From a virus: a DNA stretch of 64,000 nt. The notes beneath the pieces are model-generated. The model was not told where the DNA came from. It searched no databases and saw nothing but the letters and a program-made list of their open reading frames with translations. The stretch lies in the IMG/VR virus record IMGVR_UViG_3300025684_000012. One strand, 5' to 3'. The translations under genes were made by a program, and so were the position numbers. Shown one piece after another: positions 28,231-38,161 of the stretch (position 1 is the first letter of the stretch; each line of letters starts with the position of its first letter).

Positions 28231-28680
28231 CTAATTTGGAATCAATCCCGTCGTGTCACTGTCTAATGCATCGGTCAAGTGATCACTGCTATCTAGACCG
28301 CCTTTAATCGAGTATAGGTTACCGGTTCGTGGTTTAGTCTGCAGGGTGGGCGGATTGTAATACTCCTCCTCTTCGTCAGCCCAGCTAGCCAAGTGTTCAG
28401 CTAGCTCTTCTAATGCTTTGTGGAACTGATCTAACATATCAACAGTTGGTATAGCCATACCAACCACCTTATCCGACATAATCAACATAACACTTAACGG
28501 AGTGTCTTGATACGTCATAAATGTTCTGAACGTAAAGTACTTGAACCCATCAGCAGTATCTTTTTCGTGCAGTACAAACGCGTTGCGTACAGCAATAGAG
28601 TGCGGAGACTCTTCTAGTACTTCGCATATTAGTTCTTCTCCAGTAACCAACTTAAACTGCTTAACCGAATATTCCATCAT
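28231..28680 (-). CDS. Conserved hypothetical protein downstream of uvsW
   Basis: KQFKLVTGEELICEV N-terminus, acidic tail. Confidence 0.75.
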   Translation of the reverse strand: MMEYSVKQFKLVTGEELICEVLEESPHSIAVRNAFVLHEKDTADGFKYFTFRTFMTYQDTPLSVMLIMSDKVVGMAIPTVDMLDQFHKALEELAEHLASWADEEEEYYNPPTLQTKPRTGNLYSIKGGLDSSDHLTDALDSDTTGLIPN

Positions 28681-30190
28681 CTACCTCATTTTTAGGGGGC
28701 TTCAGATCAACCGGATAGATCTTATATCTGAACCCTTCTTTTGTGTACATCTTAATGCGTTCTGCTGAATGTTGCAGGGTAAAGTTCTTGTGCTTCTTAG
28801 TGTGTAAGTCATCAGCTATATCATACAGCTTAGTGGTAGAGCCGTCATCACTCTGCCTGAGACCACGTCCGATAGACTGCAACACTTTAACCTGAGACTT
28901 CGACGGAGTCGCAAATATAATATTATGTAGGTTTCTAATATTGATACCTGTACTGAAGGTTCCTAGACTGGCTACGATGATAGCGTTAGTCTGTCGCTCT
29001 ACTATACCACGTATTTGCTCACGATCGCTAGCGTCTACCTCACCAGACACATAAAATACCTTACGGTCGCTACCAACCATTCCCCTAATCATGTCATATA
29101 ACACCTTGCCGTGTTTTTCCACGAACTGAAACATCACTAGAGTGTTACCCTTCTGATTAACAGCTAGATTACTGATGAATTTATTACGGGGCGGGTAACG
29201 CACGATGAAGTCTAGTTCATCCTGATATTTCCACTGCTCGGCTTTATTGCATTCGTCCTGGTGATATTTTAACAATACAACTGATATGTCTAAGTCAGCT
29301 AGCGTCCCTTGCTTTTGTAATGTCACTGTGCGCGTTACAGTATATGTTGGACCGAATAGACCTTCGAGTACAAGTTTATTGGTCTCTGTACCGTCTAGTG
29401 TTCCGGTCAGACCAAATCTATACTTTGCGTTAACAGCCTTGTCCATCATAGTGCTTAGGGACTTAGCTTTAAATAAGTGAACCTCATCACCAAACACTGT
29501 ATCGAACTGCTCATACCATTCTTTAGGAAATTTGTATATCGATTGCCAGGTTGATATAATGATGCGCTTATCAGTAGCCTTCTCTTTACCACTGTATATT
29601 CGGTGACACTCGTTTTCTACATCGTAACCATAGTCCTCGAAGTCTTTATACATTTGTTCGACTAATGATGTTGTCGGAACTACGACGAGTATTTTGCCTT
29701 CAGTGACCTCATAACAATAACGTAGAAGATTATAGATAATAAAAGATTTGCCGCTACCAGTAGGACTGAGTAATATGCAGCGAAGGTGCTCAATTCCATG
29801 AGCGATGGCTTTATATTGATAATCGCGTGGCTCAAAAGGACAGTTGAGACTAGAGAGAAATTTGACCAAAGTAGGATGGTCAACATCATCTTTCTGACTC
29901 GGAACACCGAATACCTCATGCTCCAATATTTCCATCTGATAAAAACGGTCCGCACAAAAGCGCCGTAGGTGTGTATAAAGCCCTACGTTCATTTGTTTCG
30001 TTACGGTATTGTATAGCTTTACTCTCCCATCCCAAACTCTGCGCTTAAACGCAGGCATAAACTTATACCCTGGAACAAAAAAGGCGAAGTACTCACGGAG
30101 CTCCGCTTCTTGCGCAGGATGACACTCCACAGCAAAGTAGCTGTGGTTTATCATGCGTATGCGAATTTTGTCCTGGACAACGTGTACCAT
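28661..30190 (-). CDS. uvsW: SF2 helicase UvsW
   Basis: SPTGSGKS, DEVH, GLTGT, LQSIGRGLR. Confidence 0.96.
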   Translation of the reverse strand: MVHVVQDKIRIRMINHSYFAVECHPAQEAELREYFAFFVPGYKFMPAFKRRVWDGRVKLYNTVTKQMNVGLYTHLRRFCADRFYQMEILEHEVFGVPSQKDDVDHPTLVKFLSSLNCPFEPRDYQYKAIAHGIEHLRCILLSPTGSGKSFIIYNLLRYCYEVTEGKILVVVPTTSLVEQMYKDFEDYGYDVENECHRIYSGKEKATDKRIIISTWQSIYKFPKEWYEQFDTVFGDEVHLFKAKSLSTMMDKAVNAKYRFGLTGTLDGTETNKLVLEGLFGPTYTVTRTVTLQKQGTLADLDISVVLLKYHQDECNKAEQWKYQDELDFIVRYPPRNKFISNLAVNQKGNTLVMFQFVEKHGKVLYDMIRGMVGSDRKVFYVSGEVDASDREQIRGIVERQTNAIIVASLGTFSTGINIRNLHNIIFATPSKSQVKVLQSIGRGLRQSDDGSTTKLYDIADDLHTKKHKNFTLQHSAERIKMYTKEGFRYKIYPVDLKPPKNEVDDGIFG

Positions 30191-30639
30191 TATGCTCCAC
30201 TTTCAAACTGTCGCCATGTAATCATATTCTTAATTGTCTGGTGGCGCCATTTTAAATTATCGACTATATCAGTCAATGTACTTATCAATGTTTTATTGTA
30301 CGCGATTCTCTCTTCTGAGGACTGAATCTCCGGATCAGAGTTGTAGTAATAATCCATGTCACCCTTCAGTATTTTTAATCCATTGAAGGGGTCGGGATCC
30401 CACCCTAATTCGCGCAGTCTGCCCTGATCCATCTTACCCTGATAGTATAACCATTTTTCCTTTAGCAGGGTGTATTGCTGCGATTCTGCGCGTTTAAGCT
30501 GCAGTTTAGCGACGGCTAAGTAGTGGAGATATTTTGCATGTAATGAGGGTGTTTGACGCGATACCTCATCCAGCTGGTGTTGTGGAATCTGAGCGTCATT
30601 CTTCCACTCTTCGAGGATGTTCTCAAGATTAATCATCAT
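30190..30639 (-). CDS. uvsY: Recombination mediator UvsY
   Basis: LHAKYL, KWLYYQGK, WRHQTIKNMI.WR.FESG; adjacent to uvsW. Confidence 0.9.
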   Translation of the reverse strand: MMINLENILEEWKNDAQIPQHQLDEVSRQTPSLHAKYLHYLAVAKLQLKRAESQQYTLLKEKWLYYQGKMDQGRLRELGWDPDPFNGLKILKGDMDYYYNSDPEIQSSEERIAYNKTLISTLTDIVDNLKWRHQTIKNMITWRQFESGA

Positions 30640-31280
30640 TATTCATTCTCTATATGTTCAATACAGTCTAGCCAGAAATCCTTATCACTGCGCTCGACAA
30701 CAAATGAGTGTGTCATGCGCCAGCACTTAGTGTAAGCAGCATGATAACAAACATTACCTTCATCATATGTTCCAAAGTAGCCTGCCTTGAGCGACCAACC
30801 CTTGGTGTCATATATAGTGCGTATTATACCATGGTTATCAATGAATTTAAACCAGCCATTCCCTGTTTCACTCCAAGTAAATATTAAGTTGTACCCCGGA
30901 GCATCAGCATTATTGTGCCATCCGATGTATCCCTCTGGTGGATAGAATTGACTTAGTGCGTTAACCTTGACCCCCAACTCCATCATCAGTTCTGTGCTGA
31001 ACAACTGGAAATCCTTTCTGTATTGGGGATCGGTGCCGAGATAGTGGTCTGGTTTGAGAGCGTATGATCGCGCACTATGCGGGCTACCGGTATGATTAGT
31101 CCCCATCGCGATGATTTTGTTCATATAATCTTCGCCAACAAACTCGCGAGCATCTACGCCCAACTCTCCGATCATGTTGTTGTTCTGCTCCACATTCCAT
31201 TTATTGCGGTGCAGATCAAGAGAATAATTTAGAAGATCAAGAACCCGTGTATTCTTGATATCAATGTGTGTCAGGAACAT
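30639..31280 (-). CDS. 2OG-Fe(II) oxygenase-like protein, H-x-N type (paralogue 2)
   Basis: YPPEGYIGWHNN...FTWSETGNG...YH...RMT. Confidence 0.65.
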   Translation of the reverse strand: MFLTHIDIKNTRVLDLLNYSLDLHRNKWNVEQNNNMIGELGVDAREFVGEDYMNKIIAMGTNHTGSPHSARSYALKPDHYLGTDPQYRKDFQLFSTELMMELGVKVNALSQFYPPEGYIGWHNNADAPGYNLIFTWSETGNGWFKFIDNHGIIRTIYDTKGWSLKAGYFGTYDEGNVCYHAAYTKCWRMTHSFVVERSDKDFWLDCIEHIENE

Positions 31281-31738
31281 TACAGGATCTCGAATCGCGT
31301 AAACCTAAAAGTTGCATCGAAAGTGAGAAGTGTAGTATCGCCCGACGTTGAGTTAAATTCGATCGAGCCAATTTGTGTGGGGATACAGTCTAGATATCGT
31401 ATCTCAATGTTTTTATTATTGTGACTTGTTAGTATGAATAGGCTGATGTTAGACTCTAAACCAGAAGTACTCTCAATAGTAGATTCTAACCACGACTGCA
31501 TCTCTCTATAAGACACCATGTTCTCATCCAAAATCAAGTTGAAAGTTAATTCGGAATGTGTAATCTTATCTCCCATTAGCGGAAGAGAGGCTAGCTTGGG
31601 AATTCCCACTTCTGTGGCGTTAACACTGCATCCTGGGTGTTGAACGGACTGAGCGAAGAATTGAAGATTGCGGTATTGATCAGAGATGACCAATTGGAAT
31701 CCTGTGGCCTGTAGAAAGTTTGGATGTTCTGTTAACAT
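31280..31738 (-). CDS. 3: Tail completion/tube terminator gp3
   Basis: NFLQ.TGF, FFAQSV..PG, ILDENM..Y.E...W; position after gene 23. Confidence 0.8.
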   Translation of the reverse strand: MLTEHPNFLQATGFQLVISDQYRNLQFFAQSVQHPGCSVNATEVGIPKLASLPLMGDKITHSELTFNLILDENMVSYREMQSWLESTIESTSGLESNISLFILTSHNNKNIEIRYLDCIPTQIGSIEFNSTSGDTTLLTFDATFRFTRFEIL

Positions 31739-31771
31739 AATATATTGCTCCGTTACATTGTTGTACGTTGA

Positions 31772-31779
31772 TATTTATA
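31772..31779 (-). promoter_or_regulatory. T4-type late promoter
   Basis: TATAAATA. Confidence 0.8.
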
Positions 31780-31787
31780 TTAGGCAT

Positions 31788-31811
31788 AAAAAAGGGGATC
31801 CGAAGATCCCC
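31788..31811 (-). terminator. Terminator after gene 23
   Basis: GGGGATC-TTCG-GATCCCC followed by T6. Confidence 0.92.
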
Positions 31812-31856
31812 AATCAACTACCTAATATAACTAATGTTGTTATAATTATTTAGTTA

Positions 31857-33098
31857 TTACGCCAAGATGTTCGCGACTGCGAAGCGACGGTAGTACTGGT
31901 TAGTACCAGCAACTGCAAGACCATCAGCAGGCGCTGCGCCTACGAATGGGTTAGACGCCATGCCGTAACGAGTTTTGAACCCGATGCGTGGCTGGAAGTC
32001 ATTCTCGCCAACTGCTTTAACCATTTGTAATGGAACGTATGGGCAATAGAAGATACCAGCGTCATATGCGTTAGAACCTTTGTAGCCTACAGTGATGTAG
32101 TCAGAAGCAGCATATGGATCGATGTAAACTTTAGTGCGACCATTCAAAGTACCAGCAAAAGTGTTGCCAGTATCATCTACTTGCAGACCAGTGCTCATTG
32201 CAGGAGTGTAGTCCAACATACCAGAAGCAGCAAGTGCAGTAGCAACGTCAGAAGAACAGATAACAACGTTACCTTTACCACGACGAGTTTCTTTAGCAAT
32301 TACGTTTGCTTCGCGATCTAGTTGGATAACAAGACCTTTGAACTTCTCTGCAGACCAACGGCCATCAGCGTCAGATGACAAGTCGAATACGCCAGGAACA
32401 GCGATGTTAGACGACTGAGCACCAACTTTAGCTTGGCTGTTGATTGTGTGAATTACTTCACGGTTGATTTCAGCAAGGATCTCTGTAGACAGAATGTTAG
32501 CCAATTCTGTTTCAGCATCAAGACCGTGGATTGCTTTCAGGTCTTGCGCCAGCTCTAAGCTGTACTCAGCTTTAAGCGCACGGCTCTTAGCAGTTACAGT
32601 TGCTTTCTCAATGGTGAAACCCATTTCTTGGAAAGCGCCACCGGTGTTGCCAAGTGCTTCAGCATCTGCTGTAGGCATACCTTTACCAACTGTGCTTGCA
32701 TCAGCAACGCCAGAGAATGCAGAGTTAGCTTCGCCAAAGAATGCTTCAGCATTACCAGTTGATCCGCCGTCATAACGTGACTTCATAGCGAAGATCAGGC
32801 CAGTAGGACCAGACATAGGCTGTACGCCAGCAACGTCGTATGCCATCAGGTTAGGCATAGCGCGACGTACCAATGAGATCAATACTGGATCCCAAGTAGA
32901 CTGTGAGCCGGTGTTGTTGCCAGCAGTTTCAGTCAATTGACCAAAACCAGCATTTTGAGCGCGCTCTTCGTTGATTGCGCGTTCTTGGTTTTCTAGAATA
33001 GCCGCTGTAACAGCGCGACGGTGATGATCTTTGATCTCGCCACAAGAACTTTCGTTAAGAACTGGTGACCATTTTTCAACTAATTTATCGAATTGCAT
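31857..33098 (-). CDS. 23: Major capsid protein gp23
   Basis: LVRRAMPNL, GVQPMSGPTGLIFAM, KSRALKAEYS.ELAQDLKAIHGLDAE, GFKTRYG. Confidence 0.98.
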   Translation of the reverse strand: MQFDKLVEKWSPVLNESSCGEIKDHHRRAVTAAILENQERAINEERAQNAGFGQLTETAGNNTGSQSTWDPVLISLVRRAMPNLMAYDVAGVQPMSGPTGLIFAMKSRYDGGSTGNAEAFFGEANSAFSGVADASTVGKGMPTADAEALGNTGGAFQEMGFTIEKATVTAKSRALKAEYSLELAQDLKAIHGLDAETELANILSTEILAEINREVIHTINSQAKVGAQSSNIAVPGVFDLSSDADGRWSAEKFKGLVIQLDREANVIAKETRRGKGNVVICSSDVATALAASGMLDYTPAMSTGLQVDDTGNTFAGTLNGRTKVYIDPYAASDYITVGYKGSNAYDAGIFYCPYVPLQMVKAVGENDFQPRIGFKTRYGMASNPFVGAAPADGLAVAGTNQYYRRFAVANILA

Positions 33099-33109
33099 GA
33101 TAGGTTTCC

Positions 33110-34177
33110 TTATTTGGATGTTTTCTTGATTGCAGCGAGGTAAGACTCCATTACTGAAGATACTTCAATTTCTTCTTCAGCTTCTTCGGTGAGTGCGTCT
33201 TCCGCTACAGGGATTTCTTTTGAGAAGTAGTTTTCTTTGATAGCAGCTACCTTTGATGCAAAGTTATCATCAAAGTCAACATTTTCTACCAATTCAGCTA
33301 GTTTCTCGGCTTGAGTTTGAGCTAGGTCACGTGAAGCTTCAGCGATAATTGATTTGCGCTTGTACGCTTCAAGTTCTTCAGCAAGTGCGATTGCATCGCC
33401 AGTAGTAGAGTTAAGTCGTTCTTCCAACTCTTGTACTTGCTCAGCCAGATCGTCAACTAGGTCCATCTTAGAAGCAGGGACTTCGATGTAAGATTCTACG
33501 AATAGATCTTTCATTTTGTCCATAAAGTTTTCAGCAATTTCAGTACGGAGACCGTTCTGAATAGCAACTTTATTGTCTTCCATCCAAGACTCAACCACGT
33601 AGTTTAGGTATGAATCAACTTTGCCAACCAAGTCTTGCTTAATAGCAGTAACTTCTTCAGCCAGTTCTTCTTTGTAAGATTCTTCGAGACGCTCTACTTC
33701 TTCAGCTAGCTTGCTTTTAACAGCTGCTTCGAAGATGATAGATGTTTTCTCTTTGAATTCTTCTGATAGAGTAGCTTCGCCTTCTACGATTGCTCGTAGT
33801 TCGGCATTAGTGTCAACACTTTCAGCAACAAATTCATCGTCAATGTCTAGCGCTTCACAAACTTTACCGTATGCGTCTTGTAGGTCAGCTTTCTTCATTT
33901 TAGAAGCAGCTTTATACATAGCATTTAACATACCAGCTTTAGTTTTAGGCAAGTTAGACTTTTCAGAGTTTTTCTTGTCACCTGGGCGCGCCGGTGCCTG
34001 TTTAGTAGCTTGAGCTGCTTTATCTACTGTAGAAATAGACTCAGGTTCTGAGACCTGTTGTCCATCAACAGAACCGCTCTTAGCCTTTGGCGCTTGCGCT
34101 TCTTCGAGAGTTTCCTCCACGATTTCGTTAATATCTGTATCGCGGATTTCACCTTCGACTTTGTTTAAATCAGTCAT
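33110..34177 (-). CDS. 22: Prohead core scaffold gp22
   Basis: Acidic coiled coil, LSEEFKEK..IIFEAAV, VDSYLNYVVE.W. Confidence 0.93.
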   Translation of the reverse strand: MTDLNKVEGEIRDTDINEIVEETLEEAQAPKAKSGSVDGQQVSEPESISTVDKAAQATKQAPARPGDKKNSEKSNLPKTKAGMLNAMYKAASKMKKADLQDAYGKVCEALDIDDEFVAESVDTNAELRAIVEGEATLSEEFKEKTSIIFEAAVKSKLAEEVERLEESYKEELAEEVTAIKQDLVGKVDSYLNYVVESWMEDNKVAIQNGLRTEIAENFMDKMKDLFVESYIEVPASKMDLVDDLAEQVQELEERLNSTTGDAIALAEELEAYKRKSIIAEASRDLAQTQAEKLAELVENVDFDDNFASKVAAIKENYFSKEIPVAEDALTEEAEEEIEVSSVMESYLAAIKKTSK

Positions 34178-34186
34178 AGTGACTCC

Positions 34187-34846
34187 TTATAGTTTAGATT
34201 TGATTAACGAGAGGAAATTCTTAAACTCGCGAATTTGCACTTCAGGTTGAATTGCTTTCGGTGCTTGTTTGATTTCAGTCTCCATCTCTTCAATTACCTG
34301 TGGCTCTAAAATGCCGTTGTTCCAAACCCAGTCTACACCTTCCATTATACCATTAACAAAAGCATCAGGTGCGCTAGGGTCTTGAACGATATCTACGGTG
34401 GATAGAATAAAATCATCCTTTACGTACATAACGCCATTTTTTTGCTCAAGGCTTCCCATACCACGAGTTGACACGCCTAATTGAACACCACCCTCAAGAA
34501 GTCCTTTAACTATCTTGCCCATTGGTGTATCTAATATTTGTGCCCTTCCAACCACATTATTTCCTTCGAATCGAAGATCAGTAATGAGGTGTGAAACTTT
34601 ATCCAAGTTAACTGTAGGCCCTTCGGGGTGGTTCAACTCACCGACAGCGCGCTTCTTGCTAACTTGGTCTTCAACGTACTTGTTTACCGCTCTCTCCATA
34701 ATGGCTTTGGGGTAAACACGTCCGTTTCTATTCTTTTGATCTGCTTGAGCGAATACACCTTCAATCGCATAGTTCTTCACGCCGTCTTCCTTGGCTTCAA
34801 CGATGCACTCAAGATTGGTTTCTGTAAATTCGCTAATTAGCTTCAT
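34187..34846 (-). CDS. 21: Prohead protease gp21
   Basis: NRNGRVYP, GELNHP, GVSTRGMGS, DPSAPDA. Confidence 0.96.
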   Translation of the reverse strand: MKLISEFTETNLECIVEAKEDGVKNYAIEGVFAQADQKNRNGRVYPKAIMERAVNKYVEDQVSKKRAVGELNHPEGPTVNLDKVSHLITDLRFEGNNVVGRAQILDTPMGKIVKGLLEGGVQLGVSTRGMGSLEQKNGVMYVKDDFILSTVDIVQDPSAPDAFVNGIMEGVDWVWNNGILEPQVIEEMETEIKQAPKAIQPEVQIREFKNFLSLIKSKL

Positions 34847-34847
34847 T

Positions 34848-35045
34848 TTATTTTCCTAGTGCCTTCAATACCGCAGCTGCAGTATCTTCAGCTTCTTTCC
34901 TACTAGTAAAGTTGTCGGCAACGAGATCTCCATCAACGCGGAGCTCTATACCTTTCTTGCCGGTCTTAATTTCTACAGGGATGCCCTTGATTTTCTTTTT
35001 CACGAGAAACATCTGAGCCTCTCTAAGTTGTTTAAAAGTTTTCAT
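34848..35045 (-). CDS. Small prohead core/internal protein (gp68 position)
   Basis: MKTFKQLREA N-terminus, late promoter, synteny. Confidence 0.65.
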   Translation of the reverse strand: MKTFKQLREAQMFLVKKKIKGIPVEIKTGKKGIELRVDGDLVADNFTSRKEAEDTAAAVLKALGK

Positions 35046-35066
35046 TACATCTCCTTAGTTGCATAT

Positions 35067-35074
35067 TATTTATA
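35067..35074 (-). promoter_or_regulatory. T4-type late promoter
   Basis: TATAAATA. Confidence 0.8.
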
Positions 35075-35107
35075 TAAAATAAGTTCCCAAGAATACAAAT
35101 TATTTAA

Positions 35108-35758
35108 TTATACTGATTTAGTATACTTTTTCTTAGTGCTGCCCCACATTTGCTCAGCATATATCTTTCCTTTACCAGTATAGCGTGTTGATCTAATGCT
35201 ATAATGTACTGGAATAGTATAGTGTGACGGCCATATAGTCAGCTTATGCTTCTCAGCGTCAGGTACAAACTGAGATAACCACCCGTTGCCCGTAGATACC
35301 CAAGGCTTGGGATCTAGCTGGTCCGGCGTTAATTTGTGTAACGTATCTATCAACAACTTAACAAAAGTATTTCCTGGGTTACACGCCTGAATAGGTGATA
35401 CCCAATTAGGAGCTACATGCTCGTCGCGGTCATTCTCGAAAATGGTGTACGCCCAGTCACTAGGACTAGTAAACACTTCGTCCATATTGTGGTAACATAC
35501 AGCGTCTGCAGGAGGGAGAAACCCTCCTTGCTCATAAAGCAACTCATATCGTATTAAGTCGGCAACGCCAGCATACACCCCCATAGAGTAGTACCTGTCG
35601 ATTAAATGCTGGTTATGCCAGGTTCTGTCATGGAACATCTGATCAGTGAAAACACTGTAATCCCAGTCTGGATGTTTATCTTTCCAGGTATTCATCCAAT
35701 GAAGCGGCATATCATATGGACCTATCCATATGTGTGTCATCTTCTTAACTATATTCAT
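35108..35758 (-). CDS. Glycosyltransferase, GT32/OCH1-like
   Basis: HIWIG, TWKDKHPDWDY, ADLIRYELLYEQGG, C-terminal WGS. Confidence 0.8.
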   Translation of the reverse strand: MNIVKKMTHIWIGPYDMPLHWMNTWKDKHPDWDYSVFTDQMFHDRTWHNQHLIDRYYSMGVYAGVADLIRYELLYEQGGFLPPADAVCYHNMDEVFTSPSDWAYTIFENDRDEHVAPNWVSPIQACNPGNTFVKLLIDTLHKLTPDQLDPKPWVSTGNGWLSQFVPDAEKHKLTIWPSHYTIPVHYSIRSTRYTGKGKIYAEQMWGSTKKKYTKSV

Positions 35759-35791
35759 AATACAACTTAATATTAGTAAATTGATTTAATA

Positions 35792-36055
35792 TTAATCTTC
35801 GTCGTCATCAAGAAGATCTTCATCTTCCTCATCAACGTCAACGTAAGGCTCAGCTCCATTAAAAACAGTGTCTGCGACAGCAATTTTTTCAGCTTCCAAT
35901 GAGCATTGAACCTTGTCGTCCAACAGGCTATTGAATAACTTTTCAGACTGATTGAAGTCGCCCGCAGCGATTGAGTCAATAAAGTCTCCGATGGGGTCAT
36001 GCTCTACTGGCGTATCTTCGATTTCTTGTTCTACTTGGCTTTGTGATTCACTCAT
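35792..36055 (-). CDS. Prohead core protein (gp67-like)
   Basis: Very acidic 87 aa directly after the portal gene. Confidence 0.65.
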   Translation of the reverse strand: MSESQSQVEQEIEDTPVEHDPIGDFIDSIAAGDFNQSEKLFNSLLDDKVQCSLEAEKIAVADTVFNGAEPYVDVDEEDEDLLDDDED

Positions 36056-36056
36056 A

Positions 36057-37562
36057 TTATACTCCTAGGTCATCGTCATCAGCATCATCGCCATTGGCGT
36101 TCTCTGCTTCAACTTGTTTCTTCATTTCTTCGATGTCTTTATCATTCATCATCATTACGTTCTTCATTACCCACTCGCGAGAGAAGTACTCCCCAACGTA
36201 TTGTGTAACCTGATCCATAGTAGATAAGCGTTCACGCAATAACTCTGAGTCCTTCAATTCGGCAAAATGGTTATCGCGGACAAAGTCGACTTGGATATTA
36301 GCCTTCCAAGACTCCCAATCTTGCTCAGTACAAATCCCCTTGAGCAGTAATTGTTTTTTAAGTAATCCCAAAAATAGATGAGAGAACTTCCTGCGCAAGC
36401 GATCAATAAACTTTTGAAACTTAACTTCGTCGCGTCCAATTTCCGTTGTCCGCCCCAAAGAGAACTGAGATTCTTGTTCTAGTCTATTTAGAGGAACATT
36501 TAAAGAGCGATACAACTTCTTCTGAAAGTATAAAATGTCGTCAATTTGACCTAGATTCTCCCCGCCAGGAAGAGTACTAATCTCAGTACCTCTACCACCT
36601 TCACGGCGCGGAAGCCAAAAATCTTCGAGCATTGACATATGTTTACGGTCGTCTTTAATCTCGCCCGTATTAGCATCATATACTACCTTATTACGGTAGC
36701 GAGACATAATGTCTTTAATGTGCTGCTCAGCTTTACCTTTGGGCATATTGCCCACGTCAATATAAAATATGCGGCGTTCAGGCGCACGAGACATACGATA
36801 GATTACTAAAGAGTCTTCCATCATACGCAATTGATTGACTGGCTTAATAGCTTTATGTATGTAAGATATTACACGCTTTTTACTTGAATCTAGTAGGCCT
36901 GATGTAACATATGAGACTGAATCGGGGGTCAACTTAACGCCCTGACTCATCCCGGTCTTCTCTTGAAAGATAAAGAACTCGTTGGTCTTGTCTATAACTT
37001 TAGCGCCAGTCTTCTGGTCTTTCTTGTATTCAACTTCTTTGACTTTTCTAATCTTGCACCCATCAATCGTACGAATATCTTGAATACCAGCCTTGAGGTT
37101 GGACTCGTTCACTACGATGTGGTGATACATTCTACCGTCTACATACCAGCTGCGGAACATATCATGTCCGTGCTCTTCGAAGTTTAGTAGAGAATATATA
37201 TTTTCAAATTCTTCGATAATTATATCTTTAATGCGATCAGGCGCATCAACCTTGTCTAAGTTGACACTAACCGACGGCTCAAGCTCTGATGTTACTACCG
37301 CCTCATTAATAATATCTTCAATCGCCGCATCAACTTCCGGATGCTCAGCAACAGTACGATATTTACGAATGAGTTCGGCATTATCTCTGGCGGTAGTACC
37401 TTCAAGATCGACATATTGGGCAAAGTGCGAGCCTGATGCAGTAATATATCCTGCGCCATCCTCGTCAGCTTTAGGTACAATTGACGGAGTTTTTTTCTCG
37501 TCGGGTTTTTGTACTCGCTTGATTTCAAAACCGAACATTTGAAGTAAACTGTTATCTGCCAT
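36057..37562 (-). CDS. 20: Portal protein gp20
   Basis: RAPERRIFYIDVGN, MLEDFWLPRREGGRGTEI.TLPGG. Confidence 0.98.
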   Translation of the reverse strand: MADNSLLQMFGFEIKRVQKPDEKKTPSIVPKADEDGAGYITASGSHFAQYVDLEGTTARDNAELIRKYRTVAEHPEVDAAIEDIINEAVVTSELEPSVSVNLDKVDAPDRIKDIIIEEFENIYSLLNFEEHGHDMFRSWYVDGRMYHHIVVNESNLKAGIQDIRTIDGCKIRKVKEVEYKKDQKTGAKVIDKTNEFFIFQEKTGMSQGVKLTPDSVSYVTSGLLDSSKKRVISYIHKAIKPVNQLRMMEDSLVIYRMSRAPERRIFYIDVGNMPKGKAEQHIKDIMSRYRNKVVYDANTGEIKDDRKHMSMLEDFWLPRREGGRGTEISTLPGGENLGQIDDILYFQKKLYRSLNVPLNRLEQESQFSLGRTTEIGRDEVKFQKFIDRLRRKFSHLFLGLLKKQLLLKGICTEQDWESWKANIQVDFVRDNHFAELKDSELLRERLSTMDQVTQYVGEYFSREWVMKNVMMMNDKDIEEMKKQVEAENANGDDADDDDLGV

Positions 37563-37579
37563 AAGATCCTCTAATAATA

Positions 37580-37619
37580 AAACAGGGTGCTGAAGTCAAT
37601 CAGCACCCTCTTACTTATA
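37580..37619 (-). terminator. Terminator after gene 19, overlapping a variant late promoter (TATAAGTA)
   Basis: AGGGTGCTGA-TTGACT-TCAGCACCCT followed by GTTTT; TATAAGTA at 37612-37619. Confidence 0.65.
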
Positions 37620-37625
37620 CACCAA

Positions 37626-38150
37626 TTAACTAGTAGTTTCGGCTTCCCAATACTGAACCTGAAACTCAACAGTAAAGTCTTCCACCGTGTCTACGGTATC
37701 ATATAACAGATCAATCGCTGCCACGTTAGTTGGAAAGCATCCACGGAAATTGTATTTTTTCAATACAGAACCATCTTTGTCCAACTGCTCAACAATCAAG
37801 TCAGCTTGATAGTCATTTGGGTTGGTACGACCGACGTTCTCCGAGTGAGCATTCATACCGTTCATCCAACGTTCCATAGCATTGCGAACATTGAAATCTG
37901 TGTCGTTGATTACCGTCACCGTCCATGGTTCAAAAGTGCGATCACCCGCAACCTTCAACTGACGACCACGGAAAGGTACATCGATAAATCCAATAACCGA
38001 TGCTGGCAATTGAGCTCCCTTACACATGAATGATGTTAATTCAATATCACCACCCGCATACCCAGGAAAGTTGACAATGGCACGGAATAGATTCGGACGT
38101 GCACCGCCACCTTTCAATTTTGCTTTAAAGTCATCTACTCTTAAAGACAT
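37626..38150 (-). CDS. 19: Tail tube protein gp19
   Basis: GGGARPNLF, FRGRQLKVAGDRTFEPWTVTV.ND. Confidence 0.96.
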   Translation of the reverse strand: MSLRVDDFKAKLKGGGARPNLFRAIVNFPGYAGGDIELTSFMCKGAQLPASVIGFIDVPFRGRQLKVAGDRTFEPWTVTVINDTDFNVRNAMERWMNGMNAHSENVGRTNPNDYQADLIVEQLDKDGSVLKKYNFRGCFPTNVAAIDLLYDTVDTVEDFTVEFQVQYWEAETTS

Positions 38151-38161
38151 TTCTATTCTCC

